Source of the DNA: Escherichia phage vB_Eco_OMNI12
Length of the DNA: 64,000 bases
Direction: 5' to 3' (one strand)
Sequence record: OL362041.1
Part shown: positions 31,718-43,794 of the stretch, in pieces
Numbering within the stretch: the first letter of the stretch is position 1
Layout: each line of letters begins with the position of its first letter
Notes under the pieces: model-generated
Database searches by the model: none
What the model was told of the DNA's origin: nothing
What the model saw: the letters and a program-made list of their open reading frames with translations, nothing else
Translations under genes and position numbers: made by a program

Positions 31718-32067
31718 TTAGAAAGGTCCTGGATGTCTTCTGCGAACTTGTTGAAGGAGTTGTTGATTTGTTTTTCAACCAATCCTGGCTTACGAGCCAC
31801 CACATCCGCCTTCTTTGCATCTTTGCGCAGTTTTTCATTTTCACGCTCAATAGCAGCAATCGCCTCACGATTTTTATTATTCATCGCATCAATATAATTA
31901 TACTGAATTCGCAAATTATTTAATGCTAAGGCGTTTTCATTGGCCGTTTTTGTAATTTCTACAACAGACGTTTCTAATCTTTCAATTTTATTTTTTAAAA
32001 TTAAAGAAGTTCCGCCTAATGCAATTACAATTAATAGCAAACCTGCTGTCGTATTACTTAATTGCAT
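31714..32067 (-). CDS. Inner-membrane spanin (Rz-like)
   Basis: N-terminal transmembrane segment then charged coiled-coil region, 117 aa. Confidence 0.65.
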   Translation of the reverse strand: MQLSNTTAGLLLIVIALGGTSLILKNKIERLETSVVEITKTANENALALNNLRIQYNYIDAMNNKNREAIAAIERENEKLRKDAKKADVVARKPGLVEKQINNSFNKFAEDIQDLSK

Positions 32068-32564
32068 AAAGTTTTAATAACCTCTATAATATCGTCTTGA
32101 GAAAGACCGTTAATTAAAATATGATGTTCAGCCGGAGATTTAGAAATTTTAAAGCATGCCTCAACATCTTCTGCCATATCCGATGCACTACGATTTGGAT
32201 TACTAATTCCAAGACGATGCTTTCCAGTCAAAGGATTAACGATGATATAGCATTTACAACTATTGATATGAACATTAGGTTGAGTCTGATTAATAAATAC
32301 ATCACAATCATATTTCGCAAGCTGATTTTCTAAAAAGACTTTCATCTCTTCAACCGCATCAGGAAGCATATCACGGGCTTGCTCAAGACGACGATTTCGA
32401 TATTCTTTAATGGTCGTTTTCCGCTTGACTTGCTTAGCTAAATCTTTCTTAAGATCGGTGATATATCCAACTCGACGGTTTCCTTTAAATACAGAAATCC
32501 CATCTGTAGTATCACCGTATGCTTCAACGACCATTTCAGTAGTAATGAGCTGCAAATCCATCAT
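32058..32564 (-). CDS. alc: Alc-like inhibitor of host transcription
   Basis: 168 aa, position between rnlA and the spanins as in T4. Confidence 0.65.
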   Translation of the reverse strand: MMDLQLITTEMVVEAYGDTTDGISVFKGNRRVGYITDLKKDLAKQVKRKTTIKEYRNRRLEQARDMLPDAVEEMKVFLENQLAKYDCDVFINQTQPNVHINSCKCYIIVNPLTGKHRLGISNPNRSASDMAEDVEACFKISKSPAEHHILINGLSQDDIIEVIKTLCN

Positions 32565-32592
32565 AAAGTCCTCATGTTATGTCAGTAAGACT

Positions 32593-32621
32593 ACTGTAAC
32601 ACAACACGAGGGACTTGTAAA
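32593..32621 (-). promoter_or_regulatory. Early promoter (TTTACA-N17-TACAGT)
   Basis: Near-identical ~55 bp copy of the element at 16622-16676. Confidence 0.6.
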
Positions 32622-32625
32622 CAGC

Positions 32626-34213
<1,588 letters not shown>

Positions 34214-34220
34214 AATAAAA

Positions 34221-34236
34221 TGGGCCTTGCGGCCCA
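34221..34236 (-). promoter_or_regulatory. GNRA-tetraloop hairpin between the Shine-Dalgarno and the denA start codon
   Basis: - strand reads TAAGGAG-TGGGCC-GCAA-GGCCCA-TTTTATT-ATG. Confidence 0.5.
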
Positions 34237-34240
34237 CTCC

Positions 34241-35419
34241 TTAAAAGTATTTTTTAAAACTCATCATAACTTTATCATCAACATCATTATCAATCTGTGC
34301 AACAAGATAAGATGACAGTTCTACTTCTTGTGGCGCTGATTGAACATTATCAGAATTAAGATATTCACGAATCCAAGGATATGGATGTTTAACCGGAGCA
34401 TCGGTAATTGGGCATGGAAGACCACACTGTTTCATACGAGATACAGTTAAGTAATCAATAAAGCTCCACATGCTATTTGTATTTAATCCAGGAACATCGC
34501 CATCTTTAAATAAATGAACTGCCCAATCTTTTTCTTGGCGGTTAACTTCCATGAAAATATCAACTGCTTCTTGCTCGCACTCTTGAGCAATTTTAACCCA
34601 TTCATCGCCATCAGTACCAGATTGAAGTTGACGAATAATATATTGTGTACCTTTAAGATGAAGCTGCTCATCACGTGCAATGAACTTCATAATCTTGGCA
34701 TTACCTTCCATGATTTCCATGTTTTTATGGAAGTTAAAGGTACACGCAAAGGATACATAAAAACGAATAGCTTCTAATGCATTGATTACATGCAAACAGA
34801 GGTAAAGAGATTTCATTAGCTCACGCTTCCAATATGTCTCATGCTCAATAGCATCTTCAATAACGTCTTCGTCTGCATTAATTTCTTTTTGGTATTCGAT
34901 ATCAGCTTTAGCGTTTTCCCAATAACGAGTTTTAATCAGAACATCATCATAATAACGTCCAATGGATTCAGCACGTTTCATAATAGCTTCATCTAATACA
35001 ATCTCATCAAATACCTTTGACGGATCAGTATAAAGATTTCGCATGATATGAGTGTATGAACGACTGTGAATAGTTTCACTAAAAGTCCATGTAGCAACCC
35101 ATGTATCAAGGCTTGGGTCTGAAATTAACGACATAAGTACAGCAGATGGTGCACGACCCTGAATGCTATCCAAAAGTGATTGATACTTCAAGTTGTTAGT
35201 AAAAATATTTTGCTGATACTGAGGAAGCTTATTAAACTGTGCAGCATCCATCATTAAGTTTACTTCTTCCGGGCGCCAGAAAAATGATAAGGACTTTTCT
35301 GTAAGTTCTTCAAATACTCGATGCCGTTGAATATCATAACGCGCAATACCAAGACCTGAACCAAAAAACATAGGTTCTTTTAAAACATCAACTGGATTTG
35401 TATTAAAAACTGTGCTCAT
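34241..35419 (-). CDS. nrdB: Ribonucleotide reductase small subunit, uninterrupted
   Basis: 392 aa continuous ORF with ferritin-like di-iron core. Confidence 0.9.
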   Translation of the reverse strand: MSTVFNTNPVDVLKEPMFFGSGLGIARYDIQRHRVFEELTEKSLSFFWRPEEVNLMMDAAQFNKLPQYQQNIFTNNLKYQSLLDSIQGRAPSAVLMSLISDPSLDTWVATWTFSETIHSRSYTHIMRNLYTDPSKVFDEIVLDEAIMKRAESIGRYYDDVLIKTRYWENAKADIEYQKEINADEDVIEDAIEHETYWKRELMKSLYLCLHVINALEAIRFYVSFACTFNFHKNMEIMEGNAKIMKFIARDEQLHLKGTQYIIRQLQSGTDGDEWVKIAQECEQEAVDIFMEVNRQEKDWAVHLFKDGDVPGLNTNSMWSFIDYLTVSRMKQCGLPCPITDAPVKHPYPWIREYLNSDNVQSAPQEVELSSYLVAQIDNDVDDKVMMSFKKYF

Positions 35420-35470
35420 AAATTTTCCGCTTAGTTAATAGTTGGTGACTCGTCCGTGAGTCAAATTATA

Positions 35471-37735
35471 TCATAATTTACAGGATGAACAATCTTCAGC
35501 TTTTGGAGTTTCTATTTCATAATCATCAGTACCAGAACCATCACGGGTATTATGATAATAGAAATTTTTAATGCCATAATACCATCCGTATAGCATGTCA
35601 TCAATCATTATTGACATTGGAACCTTTCCTTTTGGAAAAATCTGCGGGTCATAGTATGTATTCGCTGAAGCTGATTGACATACCCATTTCAGCATAATAG
35701 CTACCTGCGTAAGATAAGGTTTATTACCTTTCTTAGCTAATTTCCATGTATAATCATAGAGGTCTATGTTATGCTCAATATTGGGCACGACTTGATTAAA
35801 GGAGCCCTCTTTTGATTCTTTAACAGAGACTGGTCCACGTGGAGGCTCGATACCGTTTGTACTGTTAGAAACTTGGGAAGATGACTCACATGGCATAAGT
35901 GCTGATAATGTGCTATTACGGATGCCAAAGAGCTTAAGGTCTTCCCGCAGCGCCGACCAGTCACAAACGTATTTTGGAGCTGCGATTTGGTCAATCTTTT
36001 TATTGTACCAGTCGATAGGTAATTCGCCTCGAGACCAACGAGTGTCTGAATAATATTCGCAAGGTCCTTTTTCTTTGGCGAGCTTAATGGATGCTTTAAT
36101 GAGCCCATACTGTAATCTCTCAAATAGTTCATGTGTTAAATCGTTAGCATCTTCATAAGAAGCAAAGTTACTTGCCAGCCAAGCTGCATAGTTGGTAACA
36201 CCTACACCGAGGTTACGGCGCTTTTTAGCTTTTTCTGCTTCAGGAACTGGATATCCTTGGTAATCCAAAAGATTATCAAGAGCACGAACTTGAACTTCTG
36301 CCAATTCATTAATTTTATCTTGGTCTTGCCAGTCAAAATTATCTAGTACGAATGCAGAGAGAGTACACAATCCAATTTCAGCATCAGGACTATTCACATC
36401 ATTTGTTGGAATAGCAATTTCACAACACAAGTTGCTCTGACGAATAGGTGCCTTTTCACGAATAAACGGAGTATAGTTATTCGTATTATCTATGAACTGT
36501 ACATAAATCCTTGCTGTTCCTGAGCGTTCAGTCATGAGTAATTCAAACAGTTCACGGGCTTTAATACGCTTTTTACGAATATTAGGGTCTTTTTCTGCGG
36601 CTTCGTATAATTCACGGAAACGGTCTTGGTCTTTAAAATAAGAATAATAAAGCTCGCCACCCATTTCATGCGGACTGAACAAAGTAATGTAATCGTTCTT
36701 TCCAAAACGTTCCATCATCAAATCATTCAGCTGAACACCATAATCCATATGACGAATGCGGTTTTCTTCTACGCCTTTGTTATTTTTCAAAACGAGAAGA
36801 TTTTCAACTTCCAAATGCCAAATAGGATAATAAGCAGTAGCAGCGCCGCCACGAATTCCGCCCTGTGAACATGATTTAACAGCAGTCTGAAAATGTTTCC
36901 AAAAAGGAATAACACCAGTATGGCGTACTTCACCCATGCCAATCTTAGAACCTTCAGCACGAATCATACCAACGTTAATACCAATTCCAGCACGTTTGGA
37001 GATATATTCAACAATTGAAGCAGAAGCCTTATTAATAGACTTTAATGAATCACCTGCCTCAATAACAACGCATGAACTAAACTGCCGAGTTGGAGTACGG
37101 CAACCAGCCATAATAGGAGTTGGTAATGAAATCTGTCGAGTAGATACTGCTTCATAAAAACGAATAACATGTTTTAATCTATCAACAGGTTCATCTTGAT
37201 GCAATGCCATTCCAATAGTCATAAATGCAAACTGTGGAGTTTCATAAATTTGACCAGTGGTTTTATCTTTAACTAGATATTTTTCTTTTAATTGCATCGC
37301 CCCGGAATAAGTAAATTCCATATCCCGCTCGTGCTTAATTTTTGATTCTAAAAATGTAATTTCTTCTGCTGAATATTTTGACAATAATTCAGGGTCATAT
37401 TTACCTTCATTTACACAGTAAGAAATATGGTCAATAAATGAACGTGGTTCATACTGCCCATAAACATGCTTACGAAGAGCAAACATTAAACAGCGTGCAG
37501 CTACATATTGATAATCAGGTTCTTCAACCGAAATAGAATTCGCAGCGGCCTTAATGACAATAGTCTGAATATCATCAGTTGTCATTCCATCACGGAGATA
37601 AGATTTAATATTTTCATATAATTCATAAGGATCTACTGATGTTCCCTCAGCTGCCCAAGATAAAACTTTAATAATTTTTTGTGGGTCAAAGCTCTGAGAA
37701 ACACCACTACTTTTGATAACATTAATTAATTGCAT
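35471..37735 (-). CDS. nrdA: Ribonucleotide reductase large subunit
   Basis: 754 aa; ATP-cone N-terminus and active-site NLCCEI region. Confidence 0.95.
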   Translation of the reverse strand: MQLINVIKSSGVSQSFDPQKIIKVLSWAAEGTSVDPYELYENIKSYLRDGMTTDDIQTIVIKAAANSISVEEPDYQYVAARCLMFALRKHVYGQYEPRSFIDHISYCVNEGKYDPELLSKYSAEEITFLESKIKHERDMEFTYSGAMQLKEKYLVKDKTTGQIYETPQFAFMTIGMALHQDEPVDRLKHVIRFYEAVSTRQISLPTPIMAGCRTPTRQFSSCVVIEAGDSLKSINKASASIVEYISKRAGIGINVGMIRAEGSKIGMGEVRHTGVIPFWKHFQTAVKSCSQGGIRGGAATAYYPIWHLEVENLLVLKNNKGVEENRIRHMDYGVQLNDLMMERFGKNDYITLFSPHEMGGELYYSYFKDQDRFRELYEAAEKDPNIRKKRIKARELFELLMTERSGTARIYVQFIDNTNNYTPFIREKAPIRQSNLCCEIAIPTNDVNSPDAEIGLCTLSAFVLDNFDWQDQDKINELAEVQVRALDNLLDYQGYPVPEAEKAKKRRNLGVGVTNYAAWLASNFASYEDANDLTHELFERLQYGLIKASIKLAKEKGPCEYYSDTRWSRGELPIDWYNKKIDQIAAPKYVCDWSALREDLKLFGIRNSTLSALMPCESSSQVSNSTNGIEPPRGPVSVKESKEGSFNQVVPNIEHNIDLYDYTWKLAKKGNKPYLTQVAIMLKWVCQSASANTYYDPQIFPKGKVPMSIMIDDMLYGWYYGIKNFYYHNTRDGSGTDDYEIETPKAEDCSSCKL

Positions 37736-38052
37736 AAGTCCTCAACTTGAAAATCGTCTTTAAACAATCGGTTAACTATATGAGCTATTATATCACCATG
37801 ACACGGCTTTGGTTTACATGTGCATCCTAGCCTCATTCCACGTAAAGGCTCTAAATGTGCTTTAGTTATTTCTCCGGATTTAATTCGACGTATAAAATCT
37901 TTTTTGAATAATTCAATGGCAGCCTCCCGGCTGCCAGCATCTTTACCGACGTAATTTCCCCAAAATGTACCACGGTGAATATTAACATCAAAGTCGGATT
38001 TGTATTTATTCACTACCCGACATAGACGGCCCGCGCGGTGATAATTCGGCAT
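37726..38052 (-). CDS. Hypothetical protein
   Basis: 108 aa ORF. Confidence 0.5.
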   Translation of the reverse strand: MPNYHRAGRLCRVVNKYKSDFDVNIHRGTFWGNYVGKDAGSREAAIELFKKDFIRRIKSGEITKAHLEPLRGMRLGCTCKPKPCHGDIIAHIVNRLFKDDFQVEDLCN

Positions 38053-38269
38053 ATTGTTTTTCCGTTAAAACAGTAATATCGTAGTAACAGTCAGAAGAAG
38101 TTTTAACTGTGGAAATTTTATTATCAAAATACTCACGAGTCATTTTATGAGTATAATATTTTTTGCCATAAATGATAATAGGCTGATTTGGTCCTGGAAC
38201 TTCTAGCTCACTTGGATTAGGAAGTGTAAAAAGAACTACACCAGAAGTATCTTTAAATCGTAAAATCAT
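38006..38269 (-). CDS. Hypothetical protein
   Basis: 87 aa ORF, overlaps the previous one in another frame. Confidence 0.4.
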   Translation of the reverse strand: MILRFKDTSGVVLFTLPNPSELEVPGPNQPIIIYGKKYYTHKMTREYFDNKISTVKTSSDCYYDITVLTEKQYAELSPRGPSMSGSE

Positions 38270-39126
38270 ATTGCCATTTTCCCTTTAATTGCTGGATGCG
38301 ATTCATAATTTTCAAGGATAAAATCTTTCGGTTTCATGTATTCAGTTAACCAGTAAAGCTGTGTTTCGGTGTCACAATTTCCAAACTCTATAGGCCAATC
38401 AATTTTAAGTTCACATAGTTCTTTAGGCTCACGACGTAAAATTTCTTTACATTGCTCAGTATGATTCATATAGATGTGAGTATTACCACCAGAAAATATC
38501 AAATCTCCTGGGATAAGATTACACATCTTAGCCACAATATGCGTCAAGGCAGCGTACGAGGCAATGTTGAATGGCAATCCCAAGAAAACATCTACACTTC
38601 TTTGGTACCATTGTAAATCAAGATAACCATTACGCACATTAAACTGATAGAACATATGACAGGGCGGTAATGCCATTTGATTGATTTCAGCTGGATTCCA
38701 TGCTGAAACGATTTGACGTCGATCAGTTGGTAATTTTTTAATACGATCAATAGTTTCAACTAATTGATCCACACCGCCGAAATCACGCCATTGTTTACCG
38801 TATATAGGACCAAGTTCACCACTATGATATCCTAGGTCTTTAGCCTGGTTTTCATAGTTATCGTCCCAAATAGTTTTACCTTGAATAAGACTACCATGTG
38901 TGCGAAGACGTAAATCATTAACATTGGTAGAACCGGAAATAAACCATAGAAGCTCAGCAATGCATGCATTCCATGCAAGCTTCTTAGTTGTTACCGCAGG
39001 AAAACCTTTAGTTAAATCCCAACGTAATTTAGTACCGAACAAAGCAATTGTTCCTGTGCCTGTTCGGTCATCGGTTTCATAGCCATTTTCAAAAATGTCT
39101 TTAATTAAATCTTGGTATTGTTTCAT
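38266..39126 (-). CDS. td: Thymidylate synthase, uninterrupted
   Basis: 286 aa continuous ORF including active-site PPCHMFYQF. Confidence 0.95.
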   Translation of the reverse strand: MKQYQDLIKDIFENGYETDDRTGTGTIALFGTKLRWDLTKGFPAVTTKKLAWNACIAELLWFISGSTNVNDLRLRTHGSLIQGKTIWDDNYENQAKDLGYHSGELGPIYGKQWRDFGGVDQLVETIDRIKKLPTDRRQIVSAWNPAEINQMALPPCHMFYQFNVRNGYLDLQWYQRSVDVFLGLPFNIASYAALTHIVAKMCNLIPGDLIFSGGNTHIYMNHTEQCKEILRREPKELCELKIDWPIEFGNCDTETQLYWLTEYMKPKDFILENYESHPAIKGKMAI

Positions 39127-39171
39127 TTAGTACCTTATATAAATTATAATACATTTTATGAAGCTAAATAA

Positions 39172-39519
39172 TCAATACGGTTTAGCATCAAATTTTCTCT
39201 CAATTTCAGGCGTGAAATATAATTCTTTACCGCGTTTGGAAAAGCGACCAATAATATGATAATTATTCTCATCAAACGTGATATTACCAATATCCATAGC
39301 TTTCAACCAAATATCGATATTTCTATCCAGCTTTATGTCAAAATTCCAATACGGAGAACTATTACCGAAAATACTGCAAGCGGATTCAGTGAAACAACTG
39401 CTATAAATCTTGTCTTTAGGAACTACTAATTGATAGACACCTTTAATAAACTGAGGACCCTGCCACTTTGGCTGTTTCGTGTCTTTTTCTAATAGAATAG
39501 GGTAATAATTAAAATTCAT
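39172..39519 (-). CDS. Hypothetical protein (115 aa) between frd and td
   Basis: ORF with no recognisable motif; occupies a junction that is contiguous in T4 as I recall it. Confidence 0.5.
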   Translation of the reverse strand: MNFNYYPILLEKDTKQPKWQGPQFIKGVYQLVVPKDKIYSSCFTESACSIFGNSSPYWNFDIKLDRNIDIWLKAMDIGNITFDENNYHIIGRFSKRGKELYFTPEIERKFDAKPY

Positions 39520-39538
39520 ATTTCCGCCACGCGTTATT

Positions 39539-40365
<827 letters not shown>

Positions 40366-40375
40366 ATTATTTTCC

Positions 40376-40618
40376 TTAAACAGACTTTTTCACAATTTTC
40401 CAATCAGCTTTAAACTGATCGACGTCAGAGTGATAAATCCAAAATCCTGCGCTTTCACCGTCTTCATAAAGCGGACACCCATCACATTCATCTTCCCATC
40501 CCATGCCACGTAAAAGGTGTTCAGCTTTTTCAACAAGTTCAGAATCTTTACCGATGATATTAAAATACCATTTACCTCTAACTTCTGAATCTTTGATGCT
40601 CTGGCGTTGTAATCTCAT
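40376..40618 (-). CDS. Hypothetical protein
   Basis: 80 aa ORF with GGAG upstream. Confidence 0.5.
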   Translation of the reverse strand: MRLQRQSIKDSEVRGKWYFNIIGKDSELVEKAEHLLRGMGWEDECDGCPLYEDGESAGFWIYHSDVDQFKADWKIVKKSV

Positions 40619-40727
40619 TTTATTCTCCTTAGCAAGCTTTAATCAAAAGATATAAACAGACCAACATAACTGCTGCCATAATATAAGGTGCGAACATTTT
40701 CTTTTCTCCATTAGTTTTGATAGGGTA

Positions 40728-40756
40728 ATAGTATCACACTACTACCCTTCTGTAAA
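40728..40756 (-). promoter_or_regulatory. Early promoter (TTTACA-N17-TACTAT)
   Basis: Read on the - strand. Confidence 0.55.
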
Positions 40757-41122
40757 CTACTTTTTGAAAGTTTTTCGCAAAAGTTCAATGATTTCATCTA
40801 CATTGTTTTCGTCAACAATGCAGTGAATTTTTGTTACGCCAGAAACTTTGTCTTTGACTTCATCTTCTTCAGAAGTCGGTTCTTTATACTCACGAAAACA
40901 ATGAAATTCGTCTTCACAAACGTTAAAGTAAAAATGCTTTCCATTTGCGCATTCAATGTGTTTTATTACTCTAAATCCATCAACAAAGAAAGCTTCTTTA
41001 ACTTCAAACCATCCGCCATTTTCTTGAATAATTTTAACTATTGCTGAATTAGAACGTGGGCGATAATTAATAAATGTATCAATAAGTCTTGGAACAAGTT
41101 CATACTTTTTACCGATATACAT
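40757..41122 (-). CDS. Hypothetical protein
   Basis: 121 aa ORF. Confidence 0.5.
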   Translation of the reverse strand: MYIGKKYELVPRLIDTFINYRPRSNSAIVKIIQENGGWFEVKEAFFVDGFRVIKHIECANGKHFYFNVCEDEFHCFREYKEPTSEEDEVKDKVSGVTKIHCIVDENNVDEIIELLRKTFKK

Positions 41123-41166
41123 TATGTTTTCCTCATTTTAACGGGGCTGTAATAGCCCCTTGATAA

Positions 41167-41397
41167 TTATTGTTCAATCAATCCCATGTAAAATTCTGCG
41201 TCTTCAGAATCCATACCATCACAATATTCATTAGCCATAAAGCGGGTGAGGTCTTCAAGAGGACCTTCAATGACAATAGAAAAATTGCAATAATTGGGAT
41301 CATCGTGAATACTTGTGATACTAAGTTCAGGATAACGATTACGAATAATTTCTTCGATATATTCAAAATCAACGATGTCAATATCAACTTTAGCCAT
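41167..41397 (-). CDS. Hypothetical acidic protein (76 aa from internal ATG)
   Basis: AGAGGAAAATAAT-ATG downstream of the early promoter at 41441-41469. Confidence 0.5.
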   Translation of the reverse strand: MAKVDIDIVDFEYIEEIIRNRYPELSITSIHDDPNYCNFSIVIEGPLEDLTRFMANEYCDGMDSEDAEFYMGLIEQ

Positions 41398-41440
41398 ATT
41401 ATTTTCCTCTTTAATCATCAGCAGTATTGCCGATAGTTGT

Positions 41441-41469
41441 ATAGTACCATGGAAGGACAAGGATGTAAA
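41441..41469 (-). promoter_or_regulatory. Early promoter (TTTACA-N17-TACTAT) with A/T-rich upstream element
   Basis: The ~40 bp upstream segment is identical to that at 58318-58360. Confidence 0.6.
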
Positions 41470-41490
41470 CCGTTTTGTGAAAAAATTTTT

Positions 41491-41520
41491 GAAATAAAAA
41501 AGGGGACCTCTAGGGTCCCC
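41491..41520 (-). terminator. Rho-independent terminator after gene 32
   Basis: GGGGACC-CTAGA-GGTCCCC on the - strand followed by TTTTTTATTTC. Confidence 0.7.
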
Positions 41521-41542
41521 AATTAATTAGTAATATAATCTG

Positions 41543-42451
41543 TTAAAGGTCATTCAAAAGGTCATCTAGATCCGTGTCATCAGCACTAGATGAACTGCCA
41601 GAGCTTGAGCTCATAAAATCATCTTCAGTTTTTGTTTTGAAGTCATCAACATTGAATGCATCCAAATCATCAGCAACTTTATCAGCTTTCTTAGCGGCAG
41701 TTGCAGCGGCACCACCCATTGCAGCAGTTCCCATAACTTGACTGAACTTAGTGCTCAGTTCTTCAAATGATTTGAATTTATCTTTAGAAGTCATTTCAGA
41801 AAGGTCAACCATTTGTTCGAACAGTTCTTTCTGGAAAGATTCATCGTCAATGTTTGGAATCGCAGATTGATTCAGGAATTTAGATTCGTCGTAGTTACTA
41901 AAACCAGAAACTTGTTTAACTTTCAGTACAAAGTTAGCACCTTCCCACGGACAAGTTACATCAACCGGAGTTTCACCCATTTCAACATCAACCGCAATCA
42001 TTGCATTGATTTTATCCCAGATTTTCTTACCGAAACGATATTTAAATACTTTACCTTCGTTTTCTGGAGCAGCTGGGTCTTTTACAACAAGAATGTTAGC
42101 CCAGTAAGAAGTTTTACGTTTAACAAGACTGTACTCTTTATTGTCAGTGTTGTACAAATCATTTTTACTGATATACTGACATACTGGACAAGAATCGTAA
42201 TCACCGTGGGTAGATGAACATGTTTCAATATACCATTTACCATTTTTCTTGAAACCGTGATTTACAAGAATTGCGAATGGTGCTTGTTCATCATTTTTAG
42301 ACGGAAGAAAACGAATTACTGCTTGACCGTTACCCGCATTATCGAGTTTCAGTTTCCACTCGCCTTTATCTTCAGAAGAAAAACCACCTTTATTTCCAGC
42401 CAGTTTAGCCATTTGTGCAGCGAGTTCAGCAGTAGATTTACGTTTAAACAT
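41543..42451 (-). CDS. gp32: Single-stranded DNA-binding protein gp32
   Basis: 302 aa; zinc-binding H...C...C...C region and acidic Ser/Asp-rich C-terminal tail. Confidence 0.95.
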   Translation of the reverse strand: MFKRKSTAELAAQMAKLAGNKGGFSSEDKGEWKLKLDNAGNGQAVIRFLPSKNDEQAPFAILVNHGFKKNGKWYIETCSSTHGDYDSCPVCQYISKNDLYNTDNKEYSLVKRKTSYWANILVVKDPAAPENEGKVFKYRFGKKIWDKINAMIAVDVEMGETPVDVTCPWEGANFVLKVKQVSGFSNYDESKFLNQSAIPNIDDESFQKELFEQMVDLSEMTSKDKFKSFEELSTKFSQVMGTAAMGGAAATAAKKADKVADDLDAFNVDDFKTKTEDDFMSSSSGSSSSADDTDLDDLLNDL

Positions 42452-42550
42452 TTTTATTTCCTTTTTAATTTAATTAACAGTTGGTGCTATGACGATGTAT
42501 GACCTCATAGCTGGTCAGTGAGATAATTATAATCTATTTATAATAAGCAA

Positions 42551-43204
42551 TTAATACTTGCAAGATTTCACAGTTTCAATGAAAACATTTTTAGCTTTCT
42601 GTGAATCAATATTTAAAATTTTTCTATAAGCCTTTAACTTTATAGAATAATTATTCCAGACTAAATTATCAGTCTGTTCATCATGTTTATCAATTATATT
42701 TAAAAACGAATCAAGCAAGATAAACGTCTCAAACGAAATTATGTTCGATTGCAGAAGTTTAAAAATATAACTTGACTGAACCTTTGGATTATATTCAAAG
42801 ATTTCTTTAAAAGCAGAAACTTCAACTTTTTTACTAAAATAATAAATGTTGCGAATATCTTCTTCAAACTTAAATTTAATTTGCTTTAAGCGTCCGATAT
42901 ATTCACGATAAAACACAAGTGCATCAGCGTCAGAGATGTCACCAATCCAAGCATCTTGGTTAGCAACCAAATTACTTATAAAAATTAAAGCAAGTTCCTT
43001 TAATTTATATTTTTCTGATAACTTCTGGAAAAAATACTTATCCCTTCGCCTTTGATAAGCGGCATCAGACACCCGCATGCACCAATTATACTTAATAACA
43101 TCATACTTTCCATTCATATGTTGTTTTATCATTAAGTATAATTTATAAACTGATTTACCATCAATGTATCTTTCACCACCAGCAGGCATGCGGAGTTTAA
43201 TCAT
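42551..43204 (-). CDS. gp59: Helicase loader gp59
   Basis: 217 aa, position between 32 and 33. Confidence 0.85.
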   Translation of the reverse strand: MIKLRMPAGGERYIDGKSVYKLYLMIKQHMNGKYDVIKYNWCMRVSDAAYQRRRDKYFFQKLSEKYKLKELALIFISNLVANQDAWIGDISDADALVFYREYIGRLKQIKFKFEEDIRNIYYFSKKVEVSAFKEIFEYNPKVQSSYIFKLLQSNIISFETFILLDSFLNIIDKHDEQTDNLVWNNYSIKLKAYRKILNIDSQKAKNVFIETVKSCKY

Positions 43205-43539
43205 AGCAGAAAATCTAATGTATTAGTTTTTTCACAACGAACAACAGAAGGACGTAAAAGATTTTCGTCAATGGCTTCTGACTGAATTTTTTCAATTATA
43301 CCCGAAGGAATAAATTTAGCAAATTGAGTTTCAGGAATAGAGTTTTCTTCCAAGAATGCTGTCGTAGCTTCAAGATAACTCATTCCAAATTCTTCTACCA
43401 TTTTTTCAATAATAAATCCATTTTCTTGACGATCAAGAAGCTTTGCTATTTCATCCTTTTCTTTCTTGATTGAAAGTTCTTTTTCTGAAAGACCGGTCTC
43501 ATCGACCGGACGAATGTCATTTAGAGAAAACTGTGTCAT
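43201..43539 (-). CDS. gp33: Late transcription co-activator gp33
   Basis: 112 aa from the internal ATG (MTQFSLN...). Confidence 0.75.
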   Translation of the reverse strand: MTQFSLNDIRPVDETGLSEKELSIKKEKDEIAKLLDRQENGFIIEKMVEEFGMSYLEATTAFLEENSIPETQFAKFIPSGIIEKIQSEAIDENLLRPSVVRCEKTNTLDFLL

Positions 43540-43786
43540 AAAGTTCAACTACCTCTTCAGTTTCAGCTTCAAACACATCACGGTTATCTTTATGATACAA
43601 AGCTAATAGACGATTAAACATCTTACCATCAACGCCAAGTTCATCTTTAGCACGAATTCGAATATCTTTAATCAGTTCATTATAACCGGAAATTTTCAGT
43701 TTATGATCAGATGCTTCTTTAATAAATTTAGCCAAGTCTTCGCCATGGATAGCTTCATCAAATTCAACCATTTCTTTTTTAGCCAT
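43517..43786 (-). CDS. dsbA: DsbA double-stranded DNA-binding protein
   Basis: 89 aa, between rnh and 33. Confidence 0.65.
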   Translation of the reverse strand: MAKKEMVEFDEAIHGEDLAKFIKEASDHKLKISGYNELIKDIRIRAKDELGVDGKMFNRLLALYHKDNRDVFEAETEEVVELYDTVFSK

Positions 43787-43794
43787 TATTCACC

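Noticed and set aside
38266-39126. Group I intron and homing endonuclease in td (and likewise nrdB at 34241-35419)
   Set aside because: Both reading frames are continuous with all conserved motifs in order; there is no room for an intron
41813-42502. + strand ORFs (134 and 81 aa) overlapping gene 32
   Set aside because: Antisense shadow frames within a strongly conserved gene
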